The notes under the pieces: generated by a model | Told to the model about the DNA's origin: nothing | The model's database searches: none | The model's input: only the letters and a program-made list of their open reading frames with translations | Made by a program: the position numbers and the translations under genes | From: Gammaproteobacteria bacterium | Lineage (GTDB): Bacteria > Pseudomonadota > Gammaproteobacteria > Ga0077536 | NCBI GenBank assembly: GCA_047611905.1 | Contig: JBLFWZ010000004.1 | Location: 1-54,395 of the forward strand | DNA: 54,395 nt | Direction of reading: 5' to 3' | Shown: in pieces, positions 49,377 to 54,395 of the stretch | Numbering within the stretch: position 1 is the first letter of the stretch | Layout: the number at the start of each line of letters is the position of its first letter

Positions 49377-50210
49377 TTAGCTTGCCCCAACTTGAGTGCG
49401 TAAAAACGGAATAACGATTTCTCTAACCGCCAACGGGTTGTCAGCGAACGGCCAGTGCCCGCTGTCCTCGAGATAAACGATATTCGCGCGCGGGAATACG
49501 TCGCGTTGGGCCTCGGCGAATCGGTGGGGGACATACGGATCGGCTTTACCCCAGACGACCAGTGCATCCAAATCTAAGGGTTTGAGCGCTTGCGTTAATT
49601 CGCGCGCTGCACCACCTAGGTCAGTAGTGGCGCGATAGAGTTTCAACACGGCGCGCTTGGTACCCTTATCGAGACTGGAAAACATTCGGTCGACAAACTC
49701 GCGCGGCAGTCCACGCGGATTGCCGTGCTTGAGCGCGAGATCAAATCCAAAGCGTGTTGTGATCGCCTGCGAAATTTCGCCAATTACCGGTGCGCGCCAG
49801 ACGCGCGCCAGATAATGCCATTGATAACCTGGCATCACCCCAATATTAAATAAGGTAAGGCTTGCGACTTTATCTGGGTTCGCGGCCGCCCAAGCTAATC
49901 CCCATGGTCCACCGAAGTCGTGCAATACCAGGTGCACTTTGCTTAAGCCAAGCGCGTCCACTAACTCACCAAGGTGAGCAGCGTATCCAGGAATGGTGTA
50001 GGTGAAACTATCTGGTTTTTCAGCCTTACCGAAGCCCGGCATGTCAGGTGCTATGGCACGACCAAACTCGCCGACGTCGGTCATTAACGGCAACCAGTCT
50101 GCGCCGCAACCCGGGTTGCCGTGCACGAACAAGACAGTTTCGCTAAGGTCGCCGCCCGTATCGAATACAGGCGTGCGCGTGCCGGCCAATTGCATTTGGT
50201 GTTGCTTCAT
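49377..50210 (-). CDS. Alpha/beta hydrolase with Asp nucleophile (haloalkane dehalogenase/epoxide hydrolase-like)
   Basis: HGNP, PDMPGFG, HDFGG, WG..D, GHW. Confidence 0.87.
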   Translation of the reverse strand: MKQHQMQLAGTRTPVFDTGGDLSETVLFVHGNPGCGADWLPLMTDVGEFGRAIAPDMPGFGKAEKPDSFTYTIPGYAAHLGELVDALGLSKVHLVLHDFGGPWGLAWAAANPDKVASLTLFNIGVMPGYQWHYLARVWRAPVIGEISQAITTRFGFDLALKHGNPRGLPREFVDRMFSSLDKGTKRAVLKLYRATTDLGGAARELTQALKPLDLDALVVWGKADPYVPHRFAEAQRDVFPRANIVYLEDSGHWPFADNPLAVREIVIPFLRTQVGAS

Positions 50211-50409
50211 GTCCCTGGCTACCTGCTGATCATTCTTAACGGACGATCAGGATCGCAGGAAGGCCCGGCGAAATCCAACGCAAGCTGGGTACGGATAGAT
50301 CCGACCCAGCTTACGGAGCGCAACAACTCCTCAAGTACACTTCGCCGACCTTAGCCGGGAATGACAGTGTAGAAGTTTAGTTATTGCGTAGGGCTTGCTT
50401 TGGTAATTT

Positions 50410-50619
50410 TTAGGAGGGGGTGACGTTCTCTGCTTGCGGGCCTTTTTGTCCTTGGGTAACTTCCATCGTTACCGTTTGACCTTCTTGTAGACTCTTACGT
50501 CCTTCGCCATTGATTGCACTGTGATGCACGAAGACGTCTTTGCCGTTTTCTTGCTCTATGAATCCATAACCTTTGTCATCGCTGAACCATTTTACGGTTC
50601 CGGTTACTCGCTCTGCCAT
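50410..50619 (-). CDS. Cold-shock protein (CspA family)
   Basis: GTVKWF, KGYGFI (RNP1), VFVH (RNP2), KGPQA; ATG at 50619. Confidence 0.97.
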   Translation of the reverse strand: MAERVTGTVKWFSDDKGYGFIEQENGKDVFVHHSAINGEGRKSLQEGQTVTMEVTQGQKGPQAENVTPS

Positions 50620-50834
50620 ATCAAACACTCACTTATTTCAAATTGCCAAATAGTATTGGCGTTGTTGGGCACTGATTCTCTTGCTCAGCTGGAACTCATA
50701 ATACGCATGTTTTCGCGTCGATTCTATGAAAATCAAGCGAAAGTGATCCTGAGCAAATTGGCGCAGCGCACAATAAACCCCAAGGTACCAACTTTGAGGA
50801 CGTCAGCGCTAGCTAGGAAATTCATTCCGCGTGT

Positions 50835-51254
50835 TCAATCGTGATCAATAATCCGCCCTCTTAAAGACTTAGTCCGCCCCCGTTTAACTTTGGTATCGAG
50901 ACGGCGCGCGCGCGCGTTGACGCTAGGTTTCGTCGGCCTACGACGTTTAGGCTGGTGAGCAACTTTGCCAATTAGCTCAATTAATCGGTTGCGAGCAATT
51001 TCTCGATTGCGTTCTTGGCTACGTGATTCCTGCGCCTTGATTACGACCACGCCGTCTTTCGTCACGCGATAATCAGACAGTGTGAGGAGTCGTTGCTTCA
51101 ACTGTTCCGGCAACGACGAACTTCGGATGTCGAAACGCAAATGAACCGCGCTCGACACCTTGTTCACATGTTGACCGCCCGGACCTTGGGCGCGAACGGC
51201 ACGCATTTCGAATTCTTCTTCGGCAATCGTGATGTGGTGGTTAATTCTTAGCAT
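50835..51254 (-). CDS. arfB: Alternative ribosome rescue peptidyl-tRNA hydrolase ArfB
   Basis: GPGGQHVNK (GGQ), RSQERNR, basic C-tail RRPTKPS...K..R. Confidence 0.95.
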   Translation of the reverse strand: MLRINHHITIAEEEFEMRAVRAQGPGGQHVNKVSSAVHLRFDIRSSSLPEQLKQRLLTLSDYRVTKDGVVVIKAQESRSQERNREIARNRLIELIGKVAHQPKRRRPTKPSVNARARRLDTKVKRGRTKSLRGRIIDHD

Positions 51255-51380
51255 GCCTGATCCGTTAGCGGCCGCAGCGCAGCCAGATTCTGTCGGCTGA
51301 GGCGGCCTGAAAGAATGGCAACGTTGACGAAATCGCGAAGCGCGGCGGCCCGTAGCCCCGAACAGCGAAGCGCTACGACG

Positions 51381-51692
51381 TTAAGACTCCGCGGCATTTG
51401 CGCAGTTAATACAGAGAAGTATTGAGGGATCAAACTCCAGACGTTTGCTTTCGACGACTTCACCGCAGCGTACGCAATCGCCATACTCATCGCGCTCAAC
51501 ACGTTGCAACGCCACTTCGATGCGCTGTAATTGGACTTTGCGTCGACGCTTAACTTCCAGAGACATGGCCTGGCCCTGCATCGCATCCATGCGCGATAAG
51601 CGCCCAACCCGACTCTGATCCAGTTCCACAACTTCGGACGACTCAGCGCTGCTTAGCTCGAGCGCGAGTAACTCGTCTCGAATTTGCAGCAA
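51381..51692 (-). CDS. TraR/DksA family C4 zinc-finger protein (true start may be upstream)
   Basis: DQSRVGRLSRMDAMQ, YGDCVRCGE...RL...P...CINC. Confidence 0.88.
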   Translation of the reverse strand: MLQIRDELLALELSSAESSEVVELDQSRVGRLSRMDAMQGQAMSLEVKRRRKVQLQRIEVALQRVERDEYGDCVRCGEVVESKRLEFDPSILLCINCANAAES

Positions 51693-51767
51693 CTTGAGTT
51701 TGATTATTTCGTTATCGATTGGATTTACCCTCAGTTTCCGCGCAACTGCACTAGGAGCCTGGCGGCC

Positions 51768-52004
51768 TTAGACGTTCGTCATGAGGGAACGTCCCGTTTG
51801 CGTTGTTCTTAATGTACTTCTAAGGCGAATAGTCATTCTATTTAACGAGAATGTACACTGGAAACGGCCAAACCCGGCGTTTCCGCACGACCGCAGGGAT
51901 GCAGGAGGTACGACCCCATGGATGGGGGAGGTAGAGCAACGCAGGAGCAGTTGCCGACCACTGCAGGGATGCAGGAGATAGAGCAACGCAGGAGCAGTTG
52001 CCGA
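51768..52004. mobile_element. Composite non-autonomous repeat, copy B: hairpin element (51768-51891) plus tandem GGA modules
   Basis: Homologous to 33637-33937; module heads at 51888, 51911 and 51958. Confidence 0.8.
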
Positions 52005-52101
52005 GTAGAACCCCCTAGTATCGGCTGCCAACCCAAGACATCCACACGGCCCGCGGTAAATCATCAGGACAGGAAGCTAAAATTTCGAAACCTCTGATCC
52101 G

Positions 52102-52746
52102 CTAGCTCGGTTCCGGCGCGTAGTGAATCGTCGATAGAAATTTAATCGGTAATTCGATCAGTCTGTCTGGCCCATGCGGAATTTTTCCTTGAAAACTTAT
52201 CGCGTCGCCGTGCTCTAAGACATAGGAATTTTTCCCCACGCGATACTCAATTCTTCCTTCCAACATGTAGATAAATTCCGTCCCTTCATGCTGAAAACGG
52301 GGAAACAATTCCGACTCATCATCTAAAGTGATCAAGAAAGGTTCGAATAACTTCTTTGGTCCCTGATCATAGGACAATAGTTCATAGGAATGTCCGCGCT
52401 TGGTTCCGCGTCGCGCGACGTCCATTCCCTGGCCGCGTGGAACAAATTTCGCCCCGCCATCCGGAATATCGAAGTCTTTAAACAAGTTCGACATTGACAC
52501 GCCTAAGGACTGACATATTCGTTGCAAAGCATCAAGACTTGGCGTCGCTTGGTCATTCTCGATGCGACTGATCATACCGCGACTCACGCCAGATAATTCA
52601 GACACATCCTGGATCGTTAGATGTTGATTTAGGCGATGTCGCTTTAAGGTCATACCGACGAACGCGCCGAGATTACTCGCGTCGGCGACATCTTCACCGT
52701 CTGCTTCGAGCGCAGGAGGAGTGGCAGATTGCTTTGACACCGTCAC
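52102..52746 (-). CDS. XRE-family HTH + cupin transcriptional regulator
   Basis: LTIQDVSELSGVSRGMISRIEN..PSL HTH; FQHEGTEFIYMLEG, PHGP cupin. Confidence 0.93.
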   Translation of the reverse strand: MTVSKQSATPPALEADGEDVADASNLGAFVGMTLKRHRLNQHLTIQDVSELSGVSRGMISRIENDQATPSLDALQRICQSLGVSMSNLFKDFDIPDGGAKFVPRGQGMDVARRGTKRGHSYELLSYDQGPKKLFEPFLITLDDESELFPRFQHEGTEFIYMLEGRIEYRVGKNSYVLEHGDAISFQGKIPHGPDRLIELPIKFLSTIHYAPEPS

Positions 52747-52756
52747 CCGCTACCTC

Positions 52757-54091
52757 CTAGTAAAAATCTACGTAACGCTCGATTTCCCAATCCGACACGT
52801 GACGCGAATATTCAATCCACTCCATGCGTTTCACGTCGATAAACTCTCCAACGATCTGCTTGCCGAGCGCGTCGGCGAAAAATTTATCTGCTTCGAGTGC
52901 GGCTAGGGCTTCGCCAAGGTTTTGCGGTAGCAAGCCTATTTTGTGTTTACGCCGATCTTTTTCACTCATCTCGTAGAAATTAACGTTGCGCGGTGGACCC
53001 GGATCCAGCTCACGTTCTACGCCATCGAGCCCAGCGGCAATCATGGCAGCCCCGGCTAGGTAGGGGTTGCAACTTGAGTCCGCCAAACGTAATTCCAAGT
53101 GCCCGTACGGTACCCGAATCATTGAGGTGCGATTGTTGTCGCCGTATGAAATGAAGGCCGGCGCCCAGGTGGCACCCGATAGCGCTCGCCCAACGACCAA
53201 GCGCGCGTATGAATTCACGGACGGTGCACACAAGGCCGTGAGGGCAGGTGCATGCGCGAGCAAACCAGCGAGAAAATGGTAGCCCGTTTTGGACAATCCG
53301 AGCCCGTTCGGATCATTGTCATCTTGAAAAATGTTCTTATTGCCCGGTTCTGCAATCGACACATGCATGTGCATGCCGCTTCCAGTTCGATCGCTAAACG
53401 GCTTCGGCATAAACGAACAAAGCAGTCCGTGTTCGTGCGCGATTTCTCCCGCCGCCATGCGGAAAAAGACGAAGCGATCGGCGGACGTTAATGCGTCAGT
53501 GTAGGTATAGTTAAGTTCGAATTGTCCGTTGCCGTCTTCGTGATCGATTTGATAAACATCGAAACCAACCTGTTGCAGGCTACTGACGAGTTCCTCAATT
53601 ACCGATCGGCTACGCGATAAACCTTTATAATCGTAACAAGGTTTTTCCAAACGATCAGTCGGATCAGCTGGCGTGATGTCGCCATTGTCCTGACGCTTTA
53701 GCAACATAAATTCTGGTTCAATGCCGGTGTTGATCGTCCAGCCGCGGGCGGCGGTTTTTGCCAGTTGGCGTTTCATCACTTCGCGGGTATCGAACGGCCA
53801 AGGTTCTCCATCGACAGTGCCGTCGCAAACCAAACGCGCGTAGCCTGGTTGCCATGGCACTAGGCACAAGGTATTTAGATCACCGACGGCCATGAAATCG
53901 TGGTCCTGCGGGCCTTGGCCGAGTCCCCAGGCAGCGAATCCGGCAAATCCAGCGCCGTCTGTCAGAATCATGTCTAAGTGTTCGGCAGGCACAGACTTCG
54001 TTTTCGCGACACCGTGAATATCGACAAATTGCGCCAAGATAAACCTGATTTCATTGGCCTTTAAAAAAGCTTTTGCCTCGCTCGGAGTCAT
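52757..54091 (-). CDS. gmaS: Type III glutamate-ammonia ligase family, gamma-glutamylmethylamide synthetase (GmaS/GlnT)
   Basis: [61 protein letters not shown]. Confidence 0.85.
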   Translation of the reverse strand: MTPSEAKAFLKANEIRFILAQFVDIHGVAKTKSVPAEHLDMILTDGAGFAGFAAWGLGQGPQDHDFMAVGDLNTLCLVPWQPGYARLVCDGTVDGEPWPFDTREVMKRQLAKTAARGWTINTGIEPEFMLLKRQDNGDITPADPTDRLEKPCYDYKGLSRSRSVIEELVSSLQQVGFDVYQIDHEDGNGQFELNYTYTDALTSADRFVFFRMAAGEIAHEHGLLCSFMPKPFSDRTGSGMHMHVSIAEPGNKNIFQDDNDPNGLGLSKTGYHFLAGLLAHAPALTALCAPSVNSYARLVVGRALSGATWAPAFISYGDNNRTSMIRVPYGHLELRLADSSCNPYLAGAAMIAAGLDGVERELDPGPPRNVNFYEMSEKDRRKHKIGLLPQNLGEALAALEADKFFADALGKQIVGEFIDVKRMEWIEYSRHVSDWEIERYVDFY

Positions 54092-54395
54092 ACCCGTTCC
54101 TCACTATTTAGCAGCGCGCGAAAATCATCGAACCCAATGACGGCCCCATCGCGCTCTAGGGCCACCGTGCTTAGAATGCCGAACAAGAATATCGCGTCTG
54201 CCGGCGCACAAATGATCCTGTCGTGCACTGGGTTTTGCTGCCGACGAATCGCAACTTCGCAGTGCGCCAAGCGGGTCGCTATCCAGGTCGCGGCGCCGAC
54301 CTGCGCAATCTCCATCGGACACAGTTCGGAAAACATGTCTGCAACGTAAGGACCGCCGCACGCGATTTCGGCCGCTTCATAATCCAGGATTAGGA
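54088..54395 (-). CDS. 3' end of a probable sarcosine-oxidase gamma-like / N-methylglutamate dehydrogenase subunit (MgdD-like), 5' truncated
   Basis: Frame open from the window end ([29 protein letters not shown]...[10 protein letters not shown]); ATGA overlap with gmaS; the call relies largely on context. Confidence 0.5.
   Translation of the reverse strand, partial: LILDYEAAEIACGGPYVADMFSELCPMEIAQVGAATWIATRLAHCEVAIRRQQNPVHDRIICAPADAIFLFGILSTVALERDGAVIGFDDFRALLNSEERV

Noticed and set aside
51888-52004. Possible CRISPR array from the repeated ~45-bp units
   Set aside because: Only 2-3 abutting or nested units, no unique spacers, no leader, no cas genes
3427-54361. Numerous 60-200 aa ORFs overlapping the assigned genes (e.g. 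5905-6399, 22145-22741, 37021-37569, 39973-40566, 51248-51631)
   Set aside because: Antisense or alternate-frame shadows of well-supported genes, with no motifs

Overview
About 54 kb of chromosome from a probable free-living, probably marine Gammaproteobacterium (inferred from rapA, srkA, arfB, yghU, yqjG and pntAB). It is a patchwork of short catabolic and redox units: four luciferase-like monooxygenases (three resembling F420-dependent subfamilies), TcuA, an oxalate-CoA ligase/PanE2-like pair, a P450, a fused double acyl-CoA dehydrogenase, two C-C-cleaving cupin dioxygenases (Dke1-like, DAD-like), hydrolases, SDRs and the end of an N-methylglutamate (gmaS) methylamine cluster. No rRNA, tRNA, CRISPR array, transposase or integrase was seen. 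Most unusual signals: (1) two copies (33.6 kb and 51.8 kb) of a long hairpin element with compensatory base changes, each loaded at the same position with tandem or nested ~45-bp modules whose stem-loops present CA-NGGA-TG, the CsrA/RsmA binding consensus; (2) a TA-flanked MITE that inserted into the last codons of a glycosyltransferase and rewrote its C-terminus; (3) an orphan stator pair in reversed motB-motA order beside a tandem PilZ gene, with no flagellar or Zorya genes in the window; (4) a 14-bp inverted-repeat-bounded, cassette-like segment at the left end. All family calls are from motif recognition and memory; no database search was run.
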